IMG/VR virus record: IMGVR_UViG_3300021961_000356
Coordinates: 1-32,629 of that record
Source of the DNA: a virus
Lineage: Duplodnaviria; Caudoviricetes
Length of the DNA stretch: 32,629 bases
Direction: 5' to 3' (one strand)
Every line of letters starts with the position of its first letter. The first letter of the stretch is position 1. The position numbers and the translations under genes were made by a program. The notes beneath the pieces are model-generated. The model did no database searches and had not been told where the DNA came from. It saw nothing but the letters and a program-made list of their open reading frames with translations. Shown piece after piece: positions 18,159 through 25,687 of this stretch.

Positions 18159-18644
18159 CTACTCTAGACCTTTATAATAATCTTTAGGTATTTTAAATTT
18201 TTTATAAAAATCTTTATCTAATTTCCAACCTTGTTTTAAATATGGTTTTGCCTCAGATTTTTTTAAAGTCATGCCGTTAGAACCTTTTTGTATATGAACT
18301 AAACCACCTTTAATATATGTTTGCATCATATCTGTATAAAGGTCCTTTGTGCCTGGATATGGTTTACCACGTACTACTCCTTCTTTTAGTTTACTAATAT
18401 CTTGTGCTGTCATTTTGTGTTTCTTGATAAGTCTTCCACTTGCTAATTTACTTACAAATGGAATATCTGCTTTCATAAGTTGAATCAAAACATTTTTATC
18501 CTTATCAATTCCATCCATAGTTTTCATAAGTTTTGTCGCATTTGCTCCACTTATCTGTTTACCACGAAATGGTTCATATGCCTTTTTAAGTTGAGCAATT
18601 TGAGAAGATGAGAATTTTTCTCGTAACTCTTTTATACTTTTCAT
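18159..18644 (-). CDS. Basic putative internal head protein
   Basis: MKSIKELRE start; two modules split at LKE. Confidence 0.6.
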   Translation of the reverse strand: MKSIKELREKFSSSQIAQLKKAYEPFRGKQISGANATKLMKTMDGIDKDKNVLIQLMKADIPFVSKLASGRLIKKHKMTAQDISKLKEGVVRGKPYPGTKDLYTDMMQTYIKGGLVHIQKGSNGMTLKKSEAKPYLKQGWKLDKDFYKKFKIPKDYYKGLE

Positions 18645-18645
18645 T

Positions 18646-19887
18646 TTAGTTTGCCCTATTCATAGTTTTCGTATCTTTTAAACGTGCTATATCTCTCATT
18701 CTATCGTGTCGTATTTTATCTCTTGCTTTCTCAATGTCAATTCTTGACTTTGCTAATTTTAAAGCATCACCTTCACCATACATCTTTTTAAAGTTACGAG
18801 TGTGTATACTTGGTTTAGTTTTAGCATCTGCATCACCAGGTGCTGGTTTATAAGCGGCAGGGTTATCATCGTCCATGTCTGCTTGTCGTTTGAATTGTTT
18901 ATCTCTTGCTATCTTTGTTGACTTTTTCAAACCAGTATGATATGTTGCGGGTTGTGCCCCTTTTCTATGTCCTATGTCTTTATCTTCTGCTTCGTTTACT
19001 GGATTTACTGGTGTTTTTTGTATATAAGTTTTATATCTTTCAAAGTTAGGTTTCATAGTTCCTTCCACTTTTTGAATTGAGTTTAACCATTTACGTTGTG
19101 TCCTCTCCTCTACATCTTCTACTATAACATGATTTGCACCTAGATATTTTATTGCATAAGTTTCTTTTGTATTCTTATCTTCTACTATATCACCTGGTTG
19201 AAATAGATTACCAGATACATATTGTTCTCTTTCTTCACTTACTGGTTCAAACTGAACAGCATTAGTAAAGTTTGTTTGTTCTTTAAGACCCATACCCAAT
19301 CGTACATCATTGAATATTTTCTTTGCTTCTGCATTTGATACAGACTTTGGTAAACCTTGTGAGAATGAAGTATAGTCGTTGTCTTTTGCGGCCGCTCTCA
19401 TCTTACTTGCAGACATACCAGTAACACCTTCTGCGTCTGGGTCCCTATCACCCGCACTTTGAATGTCTATACGACTAAAGTTATAGAATCCATGTCTACC
19501 TTTTGTACCATTGTATTTCTTTAATAATAAATCAAATTCGTTTACTCTATCAGAACCTACTACCATTGCAACATTCTTGAATCCCTCGTTATACAAACTC
19601 GTAACAATCTCAAAGACTGTTCGTAACTTTGGATTCATAATGACTGAACGTGCATGTTTAGGGAAAAACTTTCTAACGGTCTTGATTTTAGTATTGTAAT
19701 CAAGAGGATTTTTATCTTTATCTTGAGATTGTGAGAGATACACACGATAAGGATTTCTGCCTGCCTTTGACGACAATGCAGTCAAAAGTTTCTCATGACC
19801 TATCGTAGGTGGATTCATACGACCGAATGTAAAGTATACAGTCTTTTCTTCCTCTACAAGATAGTTCTTAAACGAATTAATTACCAT
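18646..19887 (-). CDS. Cytidylyltransferase-like (HIGH/HxGH superfamily) nucleotidyltransferase with C-terminal extra modules
   Basis: FTFGRMNPPTIGH, VVGSDR, SAGxRDPD, MSASKMR; CTS-like SFKNYLVEE; C-terminal YKPAPGD..AKTKPS.HT module. Confidence 0.85.
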   Translation of the reverse strand: MVINSFKNYLVEEEKTVYFTFGRMNPPTIGHEKLLTALSSKAGRNPYRVYLSQSQDKDKNPLDYNTKIKTVRKFFPKHARSVIMNPKLRTVFEIVTSLYNEGFKNVAMVVGSDRVNEFDLLLKKYNGTKGRHGFYNFSRIDIQSAGDRDPDAEGVTGMSASKMRAAAKDNDYTSFSQGLPKSVSNAEAKKIFNDVRLGMGLKEQTNFTNAVQFEPVSEEREQYVSGNLFQPGDIVEDKNTKETYAIKYLGANHVIVEDVEERTQRKWLNSIQKVEGTMKPNFERYKTYIQKTPVNPVNEAEDKDIGHRKGAQPATYHTGLKKSTKIARDKQFKRQADMDDDNPAAYKPAPGDADAKTKPSIHTRNFKKMYGEGDALKLAKSRIDIEKARDKIRHDRMRDIARLKDTKTMNRAN

Positions 19888-19890
19888 AAA

Positions 19891-20334
19891 TTATCCTATA
19901 AATGTTTTAAATCTCATTAATGTGTTTTCAGTTGCTGTTTTTGGTCTGTCTGCTAAATGCACATCAATACCAGAAGTTGATGGTAAACCCCATTTCTGTG
20001 CGGCCGCTTTAGCGGCACCATAAGAACTAGTTGCTCTTACTTCTGTTTTACCTTTTCGAACGTGAACTGCAACATAAGGTCTCATTTCCATTGCTTCACT
20101 AACACTACCACAACAAGTACATTCTGAACCACAACCACAGTCTGGTCCACATTCACACTCATCACCACATTTTGAACAAGTGTTTGGGTCAAATGACTCC
20201 ATTCTTTTTCTCCTTTGAACTCTATAGTTTATTGATTCGTCCTCGCCAGGTCGATACTCTGCGTTATACATATGTCTAAATGAAAGTTTTGAACCATATT
20301 CTAAAGGTTCATTGTGTGGAAATGTATGACTCAT
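19891..20334 (-). CDS. Mosaic small protein with metallothionein-like Cys segment
   Basis: Probable start ATG 20334 (TAATG overlap); CSKCGDECECGPDCGCGSECTCCG; ends MRFKTFIG. Confidence 0.7.
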   Translation of the reverse strand: MSHTFPHNEPLEYGSKLSFRHMYNAEYRPGEDESINYRVQRRKRMESFDPNTCSKCGDECECGPDCGCGSECTCCGSVSEAMEMRPYVAVHVRKGKTEVRATSSYGAAKAAAQKWGLPSTSGIDVHLADRPKTATENTLMRFKTFIG

Positions 20335-21560
20335 TATTTTCTCCCTGGTTTGTCCCATCCTTTTAATATACTTGGTGAAAAGTTGGCGAAGGAAAACTCC
20401 ATTCGGTCAACAATTTTCACAGCATCACCACCAAGTTTATCTACTGCAACATAACCTTCTTGGCCAGTTACACGATAACCTTTACTAGTTTTCAAAAACG
20501 TTTTCGTTTTATTTAACTTATCAAGTATATTTATAAGTTTTAGTTTCGCAAGTACAATCATTTTCTGTAAATCAAATAGTTTCTGTAAACTCTGTCTGTT
20601 ATTTGCAGAGAAAAAGTCTAATAACTTCTGCATTTCTGCAACTTGTTTACTTTTACCCTTTTCGGTTTTTCTTGCATCTATTTCTTTCTGATATTTCTGT
20701 TTAATATAATTTATAAGATTGTCAACATGTTTTTTTGTGTTAGTTATTACTTGACCTTGTCGTACATATGTGTTATTAAATGTTTCTATTGTTTGTGCAA
20801 GTTGTTGATTCGCCTCTAATTGTCTTAATGTTGTACCTGATACTTGACTAAACAACTTACCTGCTTCTGATAGATACGAAGTTACCAGTTCTGTATCTTT
20901 TGCACTCATAGTAAAATTAGTCATATCTTTTAAATTGGCGTCTGTTGAAAATACACTTGATGTTTTTTTAAGACCTGATGCATCATAATTATAACTTGCC
21001 TTCATTGTTTCAAATGTATCACCTGTGTATTCAGTATGCCATACTATACCAATTTTTGATTTTGTCAAGACTTTTGCGAGTTCTGAATCAGAAGGAATCG
21101 CATAGACAATAGTGTTTGGGTGAAAAGTTATATACTCTGTACCCTTAATTGTTTCTTTTTGTAAGTCGCCTGGACCATAAAGAAAGTCACCTTGTATCAC
21201 ACTTTTGATACCAAGTTTAGGTAATTCTTGTAATGCAATCTTAAGTTTAGACGCCAAATCGCCAGATGTATCTGCATCTACTTCTTGTGATGTTTTATAT
21301 ACTTTTGGATTCTTGTTGAAGATACCTTTCTTCGCAACAAAGAACTTACCGTCTGTTGGGTCAATACCTGCAAATATGGCAGGCGCACCGTCCCACTTGA
21401 CTGATACTTTACCATCATGTACACCTGCAAGTGTATCTCTTAACGAACGTAACGCAAGTATCGCCTGTCGTGTACCATCAACACCACCATAGAGAACTTT
21501 ATCCTCTATGTGTGTCATGTGTGTATTCTTTTGTTCTGTTATGTATTCTAGAAAACTCAT
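20334..21560 (-). CDS. Conserved T4-like phage protein with covalent nucleotidyltransferase (RNA/DNA ligase-like) motifs
   Basis: KWDG (motif I), QGDF (III-like), EGYV (IV), VKIVDR (V-like); N-terminal HxxHxED; CTS-like MSFLEYITE. Confidence 0.7.
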   Translation of the reverse strand: MSFLEYITEQKNTHMTHIEDKVLYGGVDGTRQAILALRSLRDTLAGVHDGKVSVKWDGAPAIFAGIDPTDGKFFVAKKGIFNKNPKVYKTSQEVDADTSGDLASKLKIALQELPKLGIKSVIQGDFLYGPGDLQKETIKGTEYITFHPNTIVYAIPSDSELAKVLTKSKIGIVWHTEYTGDTFETMKASYNYDASGLKKTSSVFSTDANLKDMTNFTMSAKDTELVTSYLSEAGKLFSQVSGTTLRQLEANQQLAQTIETFNNTYVRQGQVITNTKKHVDNLINYIKQKYQKEIDARKTEKGKSKQVAEMQKLLDFFSANNRQSLQKLFDLQKMIVLAKLKLINILDKLNKTKTFLKTSKGYRVTGQEGYVAVDKLGGDAVKIVDRMEFSFANFSPSILKGWDKPGRK

Positions 21561-22724
21561 TTAAAATCTCACTTTTGGATTAGCATTAGACACATTAAGT
21601 CTAACACCTAAAACTTCTTGTGCTTTGTCAATACTAGAAACTATTAATGCTTTTACTTTTGTCCAAATATAAGACAACATTCTTTTGAGAATATTCTTTA
21701 AAAACTGCACACCAGAACGTACACCAGAAACTACTTTATCAAACAAACCTTCGTTTAGTTGTTCTTGATAAGCATATTCAAATGCTTCACTAAAAATACC
21801 TTTTGTAGCAGTCCAGGCACTACCACCAGTTCCAGAAGTTTTGAATGAAATATTAAATGAAGTTTGAGATGCAACATAGTCAACATACTTGTCATCTATT
21901 TTTACATATTGTGATTTTCCATCTTCATCAAACTTTAAAATAGTATTTGCTTTAGGCAAATTATCTTTAAACTTTTGATTGCCCGTCATTGCTTCACGAA
22001 CTACTTCTCTATTTACTTCTTTAGTATTCAGAAGGTCTTGTAATGCTTTAGTCATAACAGTTTGTTTTTGTAATCTTTCTTTCACAAAATTAGTTAAATC
22101 ATCATCAACACCTTGCTTGATTGCAGTTTTAAAATCATTGATTCTTCCACCTGGTGGTAATTTAAATGATACAAAATCTTTTTCAATTTGATTAGTTAGT
22201 GATTTCCAAGAACTGTCTAGTGCCTTTGATTTTGTACTATTAGGTAAATTATCGTATGCCGCGGCAAGTGTCGCAAGTGTTTCTGCTTTACCACCTGACA
22301 TAAGTTGAGAACCGCCATACTTTTTTAAACTGATACGTTCGTTTTGTATATACATATCAGTCTTAGGTGTCTTTGTAGAACTACCTGCTGGTTTACCTGT
22401 TGTCGCAATGAAATAAGAATCCCATTTAGGATTAAGAGGGGCACTACCAGAACCAAAATGTTTCATAGTACCACGAGTGCTAGAGAAAGAGTTGTCTACG
22501 ATTTTACTTCCAACTTCTAACCAATCATCATATAAAGGTTTCCAATTTGTTTCTGCAGATTGTATTGCTTTTTCTTTTGTTTGACCTAAAGACTTCATAT
22601 TATATGCAACACATATAATATTTTCGAATTCAGCACCTTTAGGTACTTTTGCTTCTACAAGTCTATTATTTTCTAGTAATTTTGCAAACGACTGATTAGT
22701 CGCATGTTGTCTAAACTTTTCCAT
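21561..22724 (-). CDS. Putative PD-(D/E)XK restriction-endonuclease-like protein with amphipathic C-terminal tail
   Basis: EFE helix, KTPKTD...ISLKK.GGSQLMSG; tail after LNE begins GLFDKVV. Confidence 0.55.
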   Translation of the reverse strand: MEKFRQHATNQSFAKLLENNRLVEAKVPKGAEFENIICVAYNMKSLGQTKEKAIQSAETNWKPLYDDWLEVGSKIVDNSFSSTRGTMKHFGSGSAPLNPKWDSYFIATTGKPAGSSTKTPKTDMYIQNERISLKKYGGSQLMSGGKAETLATLAAAYDNLPNSTKSKALDSSWKSLTNQIEKDFVSFKLPPGGRINDFKTAIKQGVDDDLTNFVKERLQKQTVMTKALQDLLNTKEVNREVVREAMTGNQKFKDNLPKANTILKFDEDGKSQYVKIDDKYVDYVASQTSFNISFKTSGTGGSAWTATKGIFSEAFEYAYQEQLNEGLFDKVVSGVRSGVQFLKNILKRMLSYIWTKVKALIVSSIDKAQEVLGVRLNVSNANPKVRF

Positions 22725-22762
22725 AGTTTTATATTATCCCATTTAATATAGTTTGTCAAGTA

Positions 22763-23527
22763 TTAATTATCTACCATTATTATGTCAAAGGTTGATGATA
22801 TATTTGTTCCTGTTGAAGCAATTGCTCTAACCTCAATATCTGTTTTTTCTGGTAAACGAAACGGTACTTCATATATTCTTTGATGAAGTCCGCCTGGAAC
22901 GTCCATAACATCTCTTGTTCTAAAAATTAAACCATTACCCACTTCTCTCGTATATAAGTTAGCAGTTACGGCATCATTATAAGCACCTACTCCTATATTC
23001 CAGTTTTTTAAATAACCTGTTTTACCAGCAGGTATTGTATAGAGTGCTAAATTTGTTTGTCCTTGACCATATACTGTACCTAATCCAATTGTCGCAATTT
23101 TCGCCAATACAGTACCACTACCACTTGCACCTGTTGATATAATTATATCACTTTTATTAGTTAGTAATGAACCAGCAGTAGCAACAAATGCCCTATAAAC
23201 TCTCAAAAATGATTTAGTTGAAACTGCACCATCTACTGTAAGTGTTTCTTCAATCTCATTATAGTTAGCATCTAATCCTTGAACTGTAACTGTTCTTGCA
23301 CCTGTTCCAGCGGCACCATCTTGTGCATCAGCACCATATACATAAATTGTTGAAGCAACTGTTAGGTAAGTGTAAATTCCACCTTGTTCCCATATTGTTT
23401 CTGGAATACCACCTACACTTGGATTTCTACCAAATTTATGAATGTTAGTAGTACCAAGTATTCGTCCCTCAGAAAGGTCGATTAATTCTGATATTTGTGT
23501 ATTTGCTAAATATTTACTTATTGCCAT
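22763..23527 (-). CDS. Conserved phage protein, probable virion structural (beta-rich)
   Basis: IHKFGxN...ETIW...GTGARTVTVQGLDANY...EKTDIEVRA; G/T-rich; behind late promoter. Confidence 0.6.
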   Translation of the reverse strand: MAISKYLANTQISELIDLSEGRILGTTNIHKFGRNPSVGGIPETIWEQGGIYTYLTVASTIYVYGADAQDGAAGTGARTVTVQGLDANYNEIEETLTVDGAVSTKSFLRVYRAFVATAGSLLTNKSDIIISTGASGSGTVLAKIATIGLGTVYGQGQTNLALYTIPAGKTGYLKNWNIGVGAYNDAVTANLYTREVGNGLIFRTRDVMDVPGGLHQRIYEVPFRLPEKTDIEVRAIASTGTNISSTFDIIMVDN

Positions 23528-23535
23528 AGTACATC

Positions 23536-23543
23536 TATTTATA
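23536..23543 (-). promoter_or_regulatory. T4 late promoter TATAAATA
   Basis: Exact consensus just after a terminator and 8 nt before ATG 23527. Confidence 0.8.
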
Positions 23544-23556
23544 TAAAATAGAAATT

Positions 23557-23584
23557 AAAAAAAGGGAGCAAAAGCCCCCCTTTT
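23557..23584 (-). terminator. Rho-independent terminator
   Basis: Minus strand GGGGGC-TTTT-GCTCCC followed by T7; A/T tracts on both sides suggest it may be bidirectional. Confidence 0.8.
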
Positions 23585-23602
23585 CTTTAAAATGTTATAA
23601 AA

Positions 23603-23764
23603 TTATTTTCTCTTGGGTCTTGTTTGACCTTCACGAAGTGCCTTCATTCGTTGTTGTTCTTTGAACTTTGGGTCAAACTCTTGATAATACTTATCCTTGA
23701 TGCCATATTGTCTTGCCCATGCCGCCAACATGGAAGAATCATGACGTTTAGAATTTTTTGGCAT
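23603..23764 (-). CDS. Small basic early protein (53 aa)
   Basis: Not in ORF track; MPKNSKRHDSSMLAAWARQYGIKDKYYQEFDPKFKEQQRMKALREGQTRPKRK; strong RBS GAGGAGG, own promoter and terminator. Confidence 0.8.
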   Translation of the reverse strand: MPKNSKRHDSSMLAAWARQYGIKDKYYQEFDPKFKEQQRMKALREGQTRPKRK

Positions 23765-23794
23765 AGTGCCTCCTCACTTGTTCATAATATAGTT

Positions 23795-23823
23795 ATTATA
23801 TAATATATTTCGTCAAATGTCAA
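23795..23823 (-). promoter_or_regulatory. Perfect sigma70 consensus promoter TTGACA-17-TATAAT
   Basis: TTGACA tttgacgaaatatatta TATAAT on minus strand. Confidence 0.9.
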
Positions 23824-24224
23824 GTACTCAATCCAAACGAGAATATATCTAGGTTATTTGCTTGTAATGATAGACAGGCACTTCCGTCTGGATATACTTC
23901 AAATACAGAGAATGTTTTCTGTGCTAGATTTACATATAACATAACTTCTACTAGATAAACTTCTGTTCCATCAGTTACATATGATTGACCTTTTGCTAAA
24001 GGTTCTTCACCAGTATTCTTTACATATTCTTTTATTATTTCTTGGTCAAAGGTACATTCTATTGGTTTTGCCGCCATAAAAGATTCAGAGTTTTGTTGTA
24101 ATTCTTTTCTGACTTCTGGTGGCATAGGTTCTACTTCCCACCCTATTGCGTTTCTTACTGCAAACGAAAAACTAATAATAAACATTAACAGTATAAAAGC
24201 AACAAAAGTAAATATGATTTTCAT
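23820..24224 (-). CDS. Exported/periplasmic hypothetical protein
   Basis: N-terminal signal peptide; KPIEC ... ACL Cys pair. Confidence 0.7.
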   Translation of the reverse strand: MKIIFTFVAFILLMFIISFSFAVRNAIGWEVEPMPPEVRKELQQNSESFMAAKPIECTFDQEIIKEYVKNTGEEPLAKGQSYVTDGTEVYLVEVMLYVNLAQKTFSVFEVYPDGSACLSLQANNLDIFSFGLST

Positions 24225-24243
24225 TTATTTTCCTTAAAGGTTT

Positions 24244-24265
24244 GAGGTGGCGGTTAAACCACCTC
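24244..24265. other. Intergenic hairpin (GAGGTGG/CCACCTC)
   Basis: 7-bp inverted repeat between two genes; no clear U-tract, so possible stabiliser or weak terminator. Confidence 0.5.
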
Positions 24266-24272
24266 TATCAAA

Positions 24273-24653
24273 TTAAAAACTCCATTTCATTCCAATGGTA
24301 GTTTCAGTTAAAGCGAAATCTTCATCAATATCATTATTAGCATAAACTGTAACCCAACCTATGTCTTGAGATAGATTTAAGTCATAACCTGCGTTATCAA
24401 ATTGTATGCCTTCGACTGCTAAGTCGTCTGTGAAAGTTGCTCCGAATGATACTGGTCCGACACCTAATGAACCATATACAGATTGTGTATCACCTTCCAT
24501 TGCTCTTTCATATCCGATTTCTTTACTAATATCCCATCCTAGAAAATCTAGTGTGCTTGCGGCTGCTGGTTTTGCTAACCAGTTAGTCCAAAATAAAGCA
24601 ATGATAATGATTATTAGTGCGCCAATTGTTAGCGTCTTTTTATCTTTCCACAT
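24273..24653 (-). CDS. Small outer-membrane beta-barrel/porin-like protein
   Basis: Signal sequence ending AAA; alternating beta strands; C-terminal TTIGMKWSF with terminal Phe (BamA beta-signal-like). Confidence 0.6.
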   Translation of the reverse strand: MWKDKKTLTIGALIIIIIALFWTNWLAKPAAASTLDFLGWDISKEIGYERAMEGDTQSVYGSLGVGPVSFGATFTDDLAVEGIQFDNAGYDLNLSQDIGWVTVYANNDIDEDFALTETTIGMKWSF

Positions 24654-24674
24654 TAACTTTTCCTTGTGTTGTTG

Positions 24675-24729
24675 AAAAAAAATGCAGGGTAACCGTTGCC
24701 CTGCCCGAGTTTATTAAGTAACCACCCTG
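24675..24729 (-). promoter_or_regulatory. Structured 5' leader: terminator-like hairpin with alternative upstream pairing partner
   Basis: CAGGGTGGTT...GCAGGG-CAACGGTTA-CCCTGC-A-T8 between late promoter and RBS. Confidence 0.55.
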
Positions 24730-24735
24730 TCAAGT

Positions 24736-24743
24736 TATTTATA
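24736..24743 (-). promoter_or_regulatory. T4 late promoter TATAAATA
   Basis: Exact consensus immediately upstream of the structured leader. Confidence 0.75.
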
Positions 24744-24859
24744 ATATATTAACATTTAATAGATGAAATCAGGATAATCATCATTATCTTTTTTTCTCAA
24801 CAACTTATTCTTAATTAAGTTATAGTACATTATTATGTAGTATTTGTAAAGACTTATTT

Positions 24860-25687
24860 TCATATTAGTTTAAATTTCTTTAGTTGTTCTATGACTTTTT
24901 CACAGATGAGATTATGACCTTCTTGATTAGGGTGAGAGTCCCATAGATATTCAATTTTCATTTCTTTTTTATTTAATAAAGGTGCTATTCCTATTTGGTA
25001 TTTCTTTGAGTCTTTTAATATATATTCAGTTAAAAAACTATAACCTGATAATATGTATATAAAAGGCCAACCAACTAAATAATTATTATCTATTAGTGAA
25101 AAATATGGATTTTTTATCAAATAACTTGGTAGAAAAGGAATATCATCAATTCTAGGATTCCATCCAACCATTTCTAACATTTGAAAAATTACACAAGGTA
25201 TTTTAAATTTTTTGCATACAGTTTGTAATTCATAAATAGACCTTAAAGTGTTATATATTAAATCTGAATTAAAAAAGTGTTTTTGCTCTTTTGTAATTTG
25301 TTTGTTTAGTTTATAGACATCAAAACTTTTTTGCTCTACTGCAGGTGTTCTAAATAGAGTATCGCTTAATCTACGCCAATCAGATAGTGCAATTATACAA
25401 ATTTTCACATCTTTGTGATTATTAAAAATATAATCCTGTGCCCTTTTACAAATGGAAAAGTTACCTGCACCACCAATTCCTAAATTGACTACTTCTCTAT
25501 TCAGTTGTTCACTCAAAACATTTGGCCAAGAATTATATTTAGGTATTTTATGTTTAATAGTAATAGGATTATTTCCTAATCGGGAATTAATTACACTCAG
25601 TAGTTGAATATAATCAGTTTCTCTATATCTTTCTAATGTTTCACAGTCTGCAGTAAAACTACAACCACTAACTACTATTTTGCTCAT
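24860..25687 (-). CDS. SGNH/GDSL hydrolase-like protein (paralog 2)
   Basis: GCSFT block I, NLGIGGAGN block II, DSHPNQEGH block V. Confidence 0.7.
   Translation of the reverse strand: MSKIVVSGCSFTADCETLERYRETDYIQLLSVINSRLGNNPITIKHKIPKYNSWPNVLSEQLNREVVNLGIGGAGNFSICKRAQDYIFNNHKDVKICIIALSDWRRLSDTLFRTPAVEQKSFDVYKLNKQITKEQKHFFNSDLIYNTLRSIYELQTVCKKFKIPCVIFQMLEMVGWNPRIDDIPFLPSYLIKNPYFSLIDNNYLVGWPFIYILSGYSFLTEYILKDSKKYQIGIAPLLNKKEMKIEYLWDSHPNQEGHNLICEKVIEQLKKFKLI

Noticed and set aside
19885-21563. In-frame gene junctions (TAA-ATG at 21561/21560; TAA-TTT-ATG at 19891/19887) as stop read-through or recoding
   Set aside because: Stops are TAA, downstream genes have their own CTS-like starts, and core genes are intact in code 11, so there is no sign of reassignment
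22731-22759. TTGACA upstream of 22724 as a sigma70 promoter
   Set aside because: The -10 candidates are either poorly spaced (GATAAT at 15 nt) or weak (TAATAT at 17 nt); left unannotated
24745-24859. AT-rich intergenic stretch as tRNA/ncRNA or origin
   Set aside because: No cloverleaf, stable stem or iterons recognisable
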